Assembly (NCBI GenBank): GCA_963785305.1
Contig: CAWAUV010000007.1
Location: 96,001-160,000 of the forward strand
Direction: 5' to 3'
From: an uncultured Planctomycetaceae bacterium
Lineage (GTDB): Bacteria > Planctomycetota > Planctomycetia > Pirellulales > PALSA-1355
Length of the DNA: 64,000 nt
Shown: one piece after another, positions 10,571 to 19,067 of the stretch
Numbering within the stretch: position 1 is the stretch's first letter
How the letters are laid out: every line of letters begins with the position of its first letter
Program-made: the position numbers and the translations under genes
Notes under the pieces: generated by a model
What the model was told of the DNA's origin: nothing
Database searches by the model: none
What the model saw: the letters and a program-made list of their open reading frames with translations, nothing else

Positions 10571-12265
10571 TTACATCATTCCGCCCATGCCTCCCATGCC
10601 TCCCATGCCACCCATGCCTCCCATGCCACCCATGCCACCGCCCATGCCGTGGTCGTGGCCGGCGTGGTCGTCGGCTTCTTCGTCCTTGGGGGCGTCGGTG
10701 ATGAGCGACTCGGTGGTGAGCAGCAGCGAAGCGACGCTGGCCGCGTTTTGCAGCGCGGTGCGCACAACCTTGGCCGGGTCGATGATGCCCGCGGCGAGCA
10801 AGTCGCCATAGACATTCTTGTCGGCGTCGTAGCCATCGTTTTTGCCCTTGAGCTGGCGCACGCGGTTGACGACCACCGCGCCGTCGTGGCCCGCGTTTTC
10901 GGCGATGGCCCGCAGCGGATGATCGAGCACGCCGCGGATGATATCCACGCCGTGCTTCTCGTCGCCCTTGGCGTCGATCTTATCGAGCGCGCCTTGGCAG
11001 CGAATCAGGGCAATGCCGCCGCCGGGCACAATGCCTTCCTCGAGAGCGGCCTGCGTGGCGCTCTTGGCGTCTTCGAGCAGGGCCTTGCGTTCCTTCATTT
11101 CGGTTTCGGTGGCGGCGCCACAATTGATTTGAGCCACGCCTCCGGCCAGCTTGGCCAGCCGCTCTTGGAGCTTTTCCTTGTCGTATTCGCTCGTGGTGGT
11201 CGCGATCTCGGCGCGAATCTGTTCGGCGCGGCCGTCGATATCGGCCTTCTTGCCGCCGCCGCCCACGATCGTGGTCTCCTCGGCGGTGAGAATCACCTTC
11301 TTCACCTTGCCCAGATCGGTGAGCTTCACCGAATCGAGCGTGATGCCGAGATCCTTGAAGATCACGTTGCCGCCGGTGAGCACGCCAAGGTCCTGCAGAA
11401 TCGCCTTGCGACGATCACCATAGCCGGGCGCCTTGACGGCGCACACATTGAGAATGCCGCGCATCTTGTTGACCACCAGAGTGGCCAGGGCCTCGCCCTC
11501 GACATCTTCGGCCACGATCAGCAGCGGCTTCGACGCCTTGCTCACGGCCTCGAGCAGCGGCACAAGCTGCTTGACATTCGAGATCTTTTCTTCGTAGAGG
11601 AGCACCAGCGCGTTTTCGAGTTCCACGGTCTGGCGATCTTGATTCGTGACGAAGTGCGGTGAGAGGAAGCCGCGGTCGAACTGCATGCCCTCGACGACTT
11701 CGACCGAAGTCTCGGCCTGACGGCCTTCCTCGACCGTGATCACGCCGTCTTTGCCCACCTTGAGAAACGCCTCGGCAAGCACCTGACCGATCGAGGGATC
11801 GTTGTTGCCGGCAATGGTGGCGACTTGCGTGATTTCCTTTTTGTTCTTGTCACTGATCGGCGTGGCCATCTTGAGAATCGCGTCGCACACGGCCTGGCTC
11901 GCCTTGGCGATGCCGCGGGAGAGCGCCATCGGGTCGGCCCCGCCGGCGATCATCTTGAGCCCTTCCTTGAAGATCGCCTCGGCGAGCACGGTGGCGGTCG
12001 TGGTGCCGTCGCCGGCCACGGTGTTCGTCTTGCTGGCGGCTTCCTTCACGAGCTGCGCGCCCAGGTTTTCATAAGGGCAGTCCAGCTCGATGCTCTCGGC
12101 CACCGTCACGCCGTCTTTGGTCACCTTGGGCGAGCCCCAGCCTTTGTCGAGCACGGCATTGCGACCGCGGGGACCCAGCGTGCTGCGCACGGCTCGGGCC
12201 AACTTCTCCACGCCGGCGGCCAGAGCCTGCCGCGCTTCGTCCTCGAAGATCATTTGCTTCGCCAC
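10571..12265 (-). CDS. groEL: Chaperonin GroEL (copy with His-rich + GGM tail)
   Basis: [23 protein letters not shown]-terminal HAGHDH-(GGM)n; 564 aa. Confidence 0.97.
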   Translation of the reverse strand: MAKQMIFEDEARQALAAGVEKLARAVRSTLGPRGRNAVLDKGWGSPKVTKDGVTVAESIELDCPYENLGAQLVKEAASKTNTVAGDGTTTATVLAEAIFKEGLKMIAGGADPMALSRGIAKASQAVCDAILKMATPISDKNKKEITQVATIAGNNDPSIGQVLAEAFLKVGKDGVITVEEGRQAETSVEVVEGMQFDRGFLSPHFVTNQDRQTVELENALVLLYEEKISNVKQLVPLLEAVSKASKPLLIVAEDVEGEALATLVVNKMRGILNVCAVKAPGYGDRRKAILQDLGVLTGGNVIFKDLGITLDSVKLTDLGKVKKVILTAEETTIVGGGGKKADIDGRAEQIRAEIATTTSEYDKEKLQERLAKLAGGVAQINCGAATETEMKERKALLEDAKSATQAALEEGIVPGGGIALIRCQGALDKIDAKGDEKHGVDIIRGVLDHPLRAIAENAGHDGAVVVNRVRQLKGKNDGYDADKNVYGDLLAAGIIDPAKVVRTALQNAASVASLLLTTESLITDAPKDEEADDHAGHDHGMGGGMGGMGGMGGMGGMGGMGGMM

Positions 12266-12467
12266 TCTAAAATCCTCCTAAGCCAATTGAATGCTGGAAT
12301 GAATCGCAAAATCGAAGGCTTGCCCGCCCAGCGGCCGGGGCGAGCTCCGGAAACGAAATAGCGTTTCCTGAAACTCTGGCGGCCGGGCAGAATCCTTCGA
12401 GCTGGAGCGTCACGAAACAGGCTGCCGCCAAATTGGCAGACGCCTCGGGCGTGCGGCGACAAGACAC

Positions 12468-12482
12468 GCAAGCCGCATGCCA
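12468..12482 (-). promoter_or_regulatory. Sigma54-type -24/-12 promoter for the chaperone operon
   Basis: Minus strand TGGCATGCGGCTTGC fits TGGCACG-N4-TTGC with exact spacing, about 200 bp upstream of groEL. Confidence 0.65.
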
Positions 12483-12824
12483 AGCCGGGCCTGAACATCG
12501 CAAGTCGTTTACTAACAACGACTAACATAACCAAAGCCACGGCAAGACAAGGAAGGTTCCCCACCCCCCGGGCGCCATTTTGGCAGGCGGCCTAGAAGCG
12601 CGAGTCGGGACGATCTTCGATGGCGAGGTTGAAAAACAACAAGCAAGATGGACGTCAAACCGCTTCCCCGCGAATCAGCAGCACTGGTAGTGGGTCAGTC
12701 TAATCGGGACCCGCCTTTTTCGGCCGAGTGTTGTCGGCGGCGATCGGCGGCGCGTCCACCATTCCGCCGATGGTCGATCTCTACTTGGCTACGCTGGCCG
12801 CGATTGCCCGCATCGCCTTGAGCG

Positions 12825-13079
12825 CTAATGTGGACTCGGACGAATATTGTGGTCGTAGGCATCGCAAAACGCCCAGATTTCATCCAAATCGAGTCGCTTT
12901 CACGACGGATTGCGGAGAGCCTGATTCTGGAATTCCAGGCAACCTTCGTCCAATTCGACCGGAAGTTTTTGAATTGTGCTCTTGGCTATGCCCGTAATGC
13001 GAACGGTCGCCCGGATGGAAACGCCGTCGCACAGGCACTTTATGACCGCGATGCGTTCTTCGCGGGTGAGTTGTTTCAG
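12825..13079 (-). pseudogene. Truncated IS1-like transposase remnant
   Basis: HTH N-terminus (CLCDGVSIRATVRITGIAKSTIQK), in-frame stop, then KRLDLDEIWAFC (first DDE acidic motif); similarity lost afterwards. Confidence 0.65.
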
Positions 13080-13208
13080 GGCGTCATTACTCTTGGGCGC
13101 TGAAGCATGGTCAACAGACTGTTTACCTAGCTGGTAAAATCTTCCTCGGAGACGGGCTTGTGTTTCGTTTACCAAACAGGTAAAAGAAACACATGGAGAG
13201 ACCCGATC

Positions 13209-13541
13209 ATGCGAATAGGGTTCACGAAAGCCAAGCTCGCCAAACTGTGCAACTCGGAGGCGAACCTGCGCGCGAAATACGGCAAGCCAATGGCCAAGGT
13301 CATTCAACAGCGGCTTGGACAACTCGCGGCTGCCGAGAACCTTGCCACCATGAGGAACCTGCCTGGAAACTGCGACGAACTGAGCCAGAACCTCAAAGGG
13401 TTTCTGGCGGTCAGTTTGATAGGCAAGGAAAGATTGGCGTTCCGGCCGGATCACGACCCGATTCCGACGCTCGACAGCGGGGGACTCGATTGGGAAAAAG
13501 TCACGGAAATCGTCGTCGAAGCAATCGGCGACTACCACTAG
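13209..13541 (+). CDS. higB: HigB/RelE-like toxin (type II TA)
   Basis: 110 aa, KYGKPMAKVIQQRL...L.GNCDEL...GGLDW...IGDYH; directly upstream of an HTH antitoxin. Confidence 0.8.
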   Translation: MRIGFTKAKLAKLCNSEANLRAKYGKPMAKVIQQRLGQLAAAENLATMRNLPGNCDELSQNLKGFLAVSLIGKERLAFRPDHDPIPTLDSGGLDWEKVTEIVVEAIGDYH

Positions 13542-13557
13542 AAAACGGGGGTCTTTA

Positions 13558-14639
13558 ATGGCAACCGCGAAAAAATACGCATTCGCTCCAGATTACGCGA
13601 TCGCGCCCGGCGCGACCCTCAAGGAAGTGCTCGAAACTAAAGGAATCTCGCAATCCGATCTAGCTGCCAGAATGGGAATGGCCGACAAGACGATCAGCCA
13701 AATCATCAATGGAATCGCGCCGATAAGTTTCGACACTGCCTATAAGCTCGAACTGGTGCTTGGAATCTCGGCGAGTTTTTGGAATCACCTGGAATTGGCG
13801 TACAGGGAGAAACTGACCTTTGCCGAGGAAACCGAAAAACTCAAGGCCGACATTGACTGGCTAAAGGAAATACCGGTCGCGGAACTGATTGAGCGACAAT
13901 ACGTTAAACCGAGTAGCGATAAGTCGATCTTAGTCCGCGAGTCGCTTGAATTTTTCGGCGTCAGCAGCGTGGACGCCTGGCGAAATGTACTTGCCAACTC
14001 GGTCGTGCAATTCCGCGGTGGCGAGTCGCACGACAAGCACCCAGGATACGTCGCCGCGTGGCGAAGGTTGGGTGTGCTTGATGCCCGCGAAATCAAGACC
14101 GAGCCGTTCAATGCTCAGGATTTCGTGCGCGCACTCAGAGATGTTCGCCGAATGACGACGAAACCCACGTCCGAATGGGTCGTGGCGATGCCCTTGGCTT
14201 GTGCTGCCGCCGGTGTTGCCGTGGTCTTGACGCCGGAGATTCCCAAAGCAAGCATCAGCGGCGCCGCTCGCTGGCTAACGAAAGACAAGGCCCTTATTCA
14301 GCTAAGCCTGAAATACAAGACGGACGATCAATTTTGGTTCACGTTCTTTCACGAGGCGTGCCACATTCTGAAGCACGGGAAAAAACAGGCATTCGTCGAT
14401 TACGGATATAGCAACGTAGACGACGATGAACGCGAAGCGAACGAGTTCGCTAGGGATTTCTTGATTCCTCACGAATACGCTCACCGCCTTCCGCTAATCG
14501 CGAAGACGCGCGTGCAGTGAAGGAGTTCGCGGAGTCTCTCGGCATATCGGCCGGAATTGTGGTCGGCAGATTGCAGCACGATAAGCTTCTGTATCCCGCG
14601 GCGTTCAATGACCTTAAACGAAAACTTCAGTGGGGATGA
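13558..14639 (+). CDS. higA: HigA-family HTH antitoxin fused to ImmA/IrrE (M78) peptidase domain, apparent frameshift near 14515
   Basis: PDYAIAPGATLKE HTH; FWFTFFHEACH (HExxH); tail VKEFAESLGISAGIVVGRLQH continues in another frame to TGA 14639. Confidence 0.85.
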
Positions 14640-14926
14640 TTGATGACGCGGCACTATCCTGGATCGGATGAATATATCGAGTGGGCGCAGAGCCTCAGTG
14701 GAATGTTGAGCAAAATCAGGACCACTTACGGCGGTATCGGCGAAATGTTGAATTCTAAAGGGTCAGGACTCATTGTTTGGTATAGGGTCGGGAGCCGTAT
14801 CGGAAAAATGCACTTGCGGACAACCACGAGGTCGCAGGGTCGAGTCCAACAGCAGGCGCCTTGCCGTCGCTTCGGTCCAAATCGGCTCGCCGAACGCAGG
14901 CCCCCGCCGCGCCGCGCCTTGCCGGG

Positions 14927-15082
14927 CGGCATGCCCACGCTCGCGTGGGCATGCCGTCAATGGTTGAACTGTTGCGGAGCGCGACCAATCACAAATCCGC
15001 GTCGCGCGGCCCTTGCATGCGCACACGTGTCTCGGCATAAGCATTGATCCTCAGGCCGCATGCCCACGCGAGCGTGGGCATG
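14927..15082. repeat. Inverted pair of REP-like palindromes, family A (CATGCCCACGC-N2-3-GCGTGGGCATG)
   Basis: Copies at 14927-14956 and 15059-15082. Confidence 0.8.
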
Positions 15083-15246
15083 GCGCCCAGCGCTGGCGGC
15101 GCTGATCGTCCGAAAAACTGATCGGTGAGATCCCGCGCCGCCAATTTGACGAACACCCGTCGTTCGGTGTATGGTGACGGTTCCTTTCGGGTCCGCTTCC
15201 GCTTTCCGTCGCGCGATCGTCGTGATCGTCGATTCACCGTTCATGG

Positions 15247-16677
15247 ATGGAGGCGTTTATGCACGTTTCCCGTGTGCTTCCCTGGCGGCGCTGTCTCCTC
15301 TTGTTCGCGCCGATTTTATGCGTCGGCTGCGGGGCGCCCGGCTCGGGCGGGACTTCCGTCGCCAACCAATCCGCGTTGTCCAAGGCGACGACCGACGCCA
15401 CCGACCCGAATGGCACTGACCCGAATGTCGCGAGCACCGAATCAACGATTGCCGACGAGCAAGCGGCGCTCGATCAAATCAGAAACCAGCCGGCGGGCTT
15501 TCGTCAATCGGCGATCGTTTCGCCAGCCACCAAGCCGGGCGACACCCTGAAGTCGTTCGTGGTCGCTCCCGACGGAAACATTATCGCACTGGTTCAGCAG
15601 GGTGACGCGAACACCGACAGCGGATCGATCGCGGCCACGATCGCGTCGTACTTTGGCAAACCGAAGCGCGACGAGATGACTTCCAAGGCTCCCGATAGGC
15701 CCACGTGTGAAGTTCGCACATTCAGCCCCGACGGCAAGCAGATTGCCGCATGGCCTCTCGGTTTCGAGGGGCAGTCGATGGCGCTGGGCTCGGACCAGTG
15801 CCTCTACATCGCCGGCGCCGGCCGGGTCGCCCGCTATAGCCACGAAGGCAAGGAATTGGCGGCGGGCGATTCTCCCCAGGCGGCGTTGATCGAAAAAGAT
15901 CGCGACGCGCTCCGCGAAGCGGCGCTCGCGCAGATCGAGGAAAACAAAGAGAACATGAAGCAGATGGTCGCGAGTTTGAAAGAGTCGCGTGACGCAATCG
16001 CCGCGGAAATCGAGAAAACGCCCGATCCAGAGAAGTCCGAACAGTTGGAAACACTTGATACCCAAATGCAGTTGTTCAAGCAGCAGGAGCTGTCCGTCGA
16101 CGCGGTGGAGCAACAGATCACCGAGCGAGTCAAGCGAATCAACGCGATCGCGGTCAGCGACCAAAATGTGTTCATCACCTGCGGCCAAACCAAGGGCTAC
16201 GGCTATGCGGTGTGGCGGACCGACCTGAATTTCGCGAACCCGGAATGCATTATCACGGGGCTGAGCGGTTGCTGTGGCCAAATGGATGTCTGTTGCGAGA
16301 ACGGTAACCTTTGGGTCGCCGAAAATGCCCGCCATCGCGTGGTGCGGTACAGCCCAGCGGGCGAGCGGCTATCGGAATTCGGGAAGCGCGATCGGGAGGG
16401 AATCGGGGAAAAGTTCGGCGGTTGCTGCAATCCCATGAATCTTTGCTTCGACCGGTCCGGCGATCTGCTTGTATCGGAATCCAATGGTCAAGTGAAGCAC
16501 TTTACCGCCGATGGCAAATTCGTCGAACTGACCGGCGTTGCCCGGGTGGAGCCTGGCTGCAAGAACTCGGCCGTCAAGATGTCTCCCGATGGCCAGCGCA
16601 TCTACTACATCGATGTGAACAAATCGCAAATCCTTGTTCTGGCTCGCGGCGAGCAAGCGTCGACGGCGGGCAACTGA
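15247..16677 (+). CDS. Putative lipoprotein with NHL/beta-propeller repeats and vicinal Cys motifs
   Basis: Lipobox-like LCVGC; GLSGCCGQMD, FGGCCNPM; LWVAENARHRVVRYS NHL-type repeat. Confidence 0.75.
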   Translation: MEAFMHVSRVLPWRRCLLLFAPILCVGCGAPGSGGTSVANQSALSKATTDATDPNGTDPNVASTESTIADEQAALDQIRNQPAGFRQSAIVSPATKPGDTLKSFVVAPDGNIIALVQQGDANTDSGSIAATIASYFGKPKRDEMTSKAPDRPTCEVRTFSPDGKQIAAWPLGFEGQSMALGSDQCLYIAGAGRVARYSHEGKELAAGDSPQAALIEKDRDALREAALAQIEENKENMKQMVASLKESRDAIAAEIEKTPDPEKSEQLETLDTQMQLFKQQELSVDAVEQQITERVKRINAIAVSDQNVFITCGQTKGYGYAVWRTDLNFANPECIITGLSGCCGQMDVCCENGNLWVAENARHRVVRYSPAGERLSEFGKRDREGIGEKFGGCCNPMNLCFDRSGDLLVSESNGQVKHFTADGKFVELTGVARVEPGCKNSAVKMSPDGQRIYYIDVNKSQILVLARGEQASTAGN

Positions 16678-16762
16678 ATCGCGAGTCGAGGCGTCGCGCG
16701 GCGGCCGACGCAAACATGCGATCGCTCGCCGATTCGAGAGCCCGTCCGAGAACCTTGGCGAG

Positions 16763-16798
16763 CCCTTACCCTAGCCTCTCCCATAGGGGGAGAGGGGG
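16763..16798. repeat. REP-like palindrome, family B (CCTCTCCC-N-GGGAGAGG); further copies at about 31421-31448 and 34801-34839
   Basis: Same stem-loop and flank in three intergenic regions. Confidence 0.7.
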
Positions 16799-16839
16799 GA
16801 GTTGTCGGATGGGCTCTAAAAATCGATAAGGGCGCCCAA

Positions 16840-17730
16840 ATGAGAAGTTCTTATTTCGCGACGGTATTCGCCGGCTTGGCCGTCTTGGTGGCTTCGCTGG
16901 GAAGCGCGCCGCGGCGGTGCGGAGCCGCGGAAGCGTCCAACGAAGAGGCGCCCTTCACGCTGGTGGTCATGGACCCCTTGGCGCTGCAGCTTTCTTGCCC
17001 ATGTGTCAAAGGCTACGCCCAGCGAGATTACTCCAAACTGGCCGAACGCCTCGAAACATCGCTGAAACGCCGCGTGAAACTCGTGTTCAACGAGTCGCTC
17101 ACGGTCGCGCTCAAGGACCAGACCGCGGGCAAGGTGGACCTCGTCATCGGCAAGTGCTCGGTCGTCGAGTTCGACGCCAAGAAGAACCACGTGAGCATCG
17201 CCCGAATCGCGATGCTGACCGACAAGGAGGGCGGCGCCACGCAAACGGGCCTCATCGTGGTTCCGACAAACGACCCGGCCAAAGCCGTGTCCGACTTGAA
17301 GGGATATCGCATCATCTTTGGGCCGAGGGAATGCGATGAGAAACACGGCGCCGCGCTCTCATTGCTCAAGGCCCATGGCGTCGACGCGCCCGTTGAAATC
17401 GAAACCTCGCCCGCGTGTAGCGACGGCGCGTGCCTGATCCTCGAGGCTGGGCCGAATGTGCGCGGCGCGGCGGTTATTTCCAGCTACGCCAAACCTTTGC
17501 TCGAGGGTTGCGGGACGATTAAAAAGGGCGCTCTGCGCGTCGTGGGCCAGACGGACCCGACGCCATTCGTGGGAGCTTATGCGGCCGGCGCCTCGCCCGA
17601 CCTGCGGCAACGCGTTGCCGACGCGCTGATCAGCGCAACCCAGGACTCGCTTGTGCGAATTGCGATGGAAACCCGCGGAGGCTTCGTGCCGGTGGTGGCC
17701 GAGGCGCGGGATTCCGTAAAAAAAAAGTAA
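16840..17730 (+). CDS. PhnD/SsuA-like periplasmic substrate-binding protein, Cys-rich
   Basis: Signal peptide; VMDPLALQLSCPCVKGYAQRDY; TGLIVVP...SDLKGYRIIFG. Confidence 0.75.
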   Translation: MRSSYFATVFAGLAVLVASLGSAPRRCGAAEASNEEAPFTLVVMDPLALQLSCPCVKGYAQRDYSKLAERLETSLKRRVKLVFNESLTVALKDQTAGKVDLVIGKCSVVEFDAKKNHVSIARIAMLTDKEGGATQTGLIVVPTNDPAKAVSDLKGYRIIFGPRECDEKHGAALSLLKAHGVDAPVEIETSPACSDGACLILEAGPNVRGAAVISSYAKPLLEGCGTIKKGALRVVGQTDPTPFVGAYAAGASPDLRQRVADALISATQDSLVRIAMETRGGFVPVVAEARDSVKKK

Positions 17731-18917
17731 GCTCGGTCCCGGCGGTCGCGTGGAATCAATGGCGCGGTCCCACGCGAAACGGATTGGTTGCCTGGCTCCC
17801 GGAGCAACTTCCGGCCCAGCCCAAGGTCCTTTGGGAACACAAGCTGTCGAATCAGGGACTGGGCGGCGTCGCCGCGACGGATCGATTCGTTGTTGTTAGC
17901 GATCGCGACGCGGCCGATGCCTTCGACATCTTTCGCTGTTTGGCCGCGACCGATGGACACGAATTGTGGACGCTTCGCTATCCGGCGCGGGGCAAGCTCG
18001 ACTACGGCAATTCGCCTCGCGCCACGCCATTGATCGACCGAGATGTGGTGTATTTGCAGGGGGCTCTCGGCGATCTCCATGCGGTTTCGCTGGCGTCGGG
18101 CAAGGTGATTTGGCGCAAGAATCTGCGGCAAGACTTTGGCGTCAAACTGTCCGACTGGGGATTTTGTTCCTCGCCGCTGATCGCGAATGGGCGACTCATC
18201 GTCAATCCCGGCGTCAAGGACGGATCGCTGGCGGCGCTCGAACTTGGCACGGGGCAGGTTGCCTGGAAGACGCCGGGCACTCCCGCGGCGTTTGGTTCGT
18301 TTATCCTCGCCAATATCTCGGGTCGCCAACAACTCATCGGCCACGACCGTGAATCTCTCGGCGGCTGGGACCCCATCGGCGGTCGCCGGCTCTGGCGATC
18401 CGCGCCTCCGCGTGGCGGCGACTTCAGTGTGCCGACGCCGACGCAATTCGGCGATAAGCTGCTGGTGGCGTCGGAAAACAACGGGACACGAGTTTTCGCG
18501 TTCGACGGCGAGGGCCTGATCGCGGCCAAGCCCTTGGCGCATTATTTGGACTTATGCCCCGACATCAGCTCGCCGGTCGTGATTGGCGATCGACTGTTTG
18601 GCGTTTGCGAGAAGCTGTTCTGCTTGGATATCTCGAAGGGGCTCAACGCCGTTTGGACGGCGAGCGATGATGCCTTCCACGATTATACCGCTCTGCTTGG
18701 CGGCCCCGATCGCGTGCTGCTGACCACGATTCACGGCGAACTGCTCCTCGTCGACGCGACGGGGCCGGAGTATCGATTGATCGGCCGCCACCAGGTGTTC
18801 CACGACGATTCCGGCGTTTACTCGCATCCGGCCATCGTGGGAGAGCGCTTCTACCTGCGCGGGAGCACATCCATCCGCTGCCTCGATTTGGCCGACGAGA
18901 ACCAACCGCGTGGTTGA
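17727..18917 (+). CDS. PQQ-binding-like beta-propeller protein; possibly the C-terminal part of a frameshift fusion with the preceding ORF
   Basis: WNQWRGPTRNG motif upstream of the only in-frame start (TTG 17784); YGNSPRATPLID, SSPLI, YSHPAIVG blades. Confidence 0.8.
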   Translation, partial: VSSVPAVAWNQWRGPTRNGLVAWLPEQLPAQPKVLWEHKLSNQGLGGVAATDRFVVVSDRDAADAFDIFRCLAATDGHELWTLRYPARGKLDYGNSPRATPLIDRDVVYLQGALGDLHAVSLASGKVIWRKNLRQDFGVKLSDWGFCSSPLIANGRLIVNPGVKDGSLAALELGTGQVAWKTPGTPAAFGSFILANISGRQQLIGHDRESLGGWDPIGGRRLWRSAPPRGGDFSVPTPTQFGDKLLVASENNGTRVFAFDGEGLIAAKPLAHYLDLCPDISSPVVIGDRLFGVCEKLFCLDISKGLNAVWTASDDAFHDYTALLGGPDRVLLTTIHGELLLVDATGPEYRLIGRHQVFHDDSGVYSHPAIVGERFYLRGSTSIRCLDLADENQPRG

Positions 18918-18943
18918 AATGATAGGTAAACCCGTGTGCTCGC

Positions 18944-19026
18944 GTGCCATGCCCACGCCCAGCGTGGGCATGTTTTCAAGCGCCACGCGGAGTCCTCATG
19001 CCCACGCAGGGCCGTGGGCATGGCAC
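18944..19026. repeat. Inverted pair of REP-like palindromes, family A, between convergent genes
   Basis: Copies at 18948-18972 and 18997-19022, flanked by GTGC...GCAC. Confidence 0.8.
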
Positions 19027-19067
19027 ACGGAACGAATCGAACCCGTCATTTCAACTGTGACAAAGCG

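Noticed and set aside
12266..12700. CIRCE/HrcA operator upstream of groEL
   Set aside because: No TTAGCACTC-N9-GAGTGCTAA match found.
14640..15047. 135-aa ORF downstream of higA
   Set aside because: Runs through REP palindromes and has no motif; at most a gene fragment.
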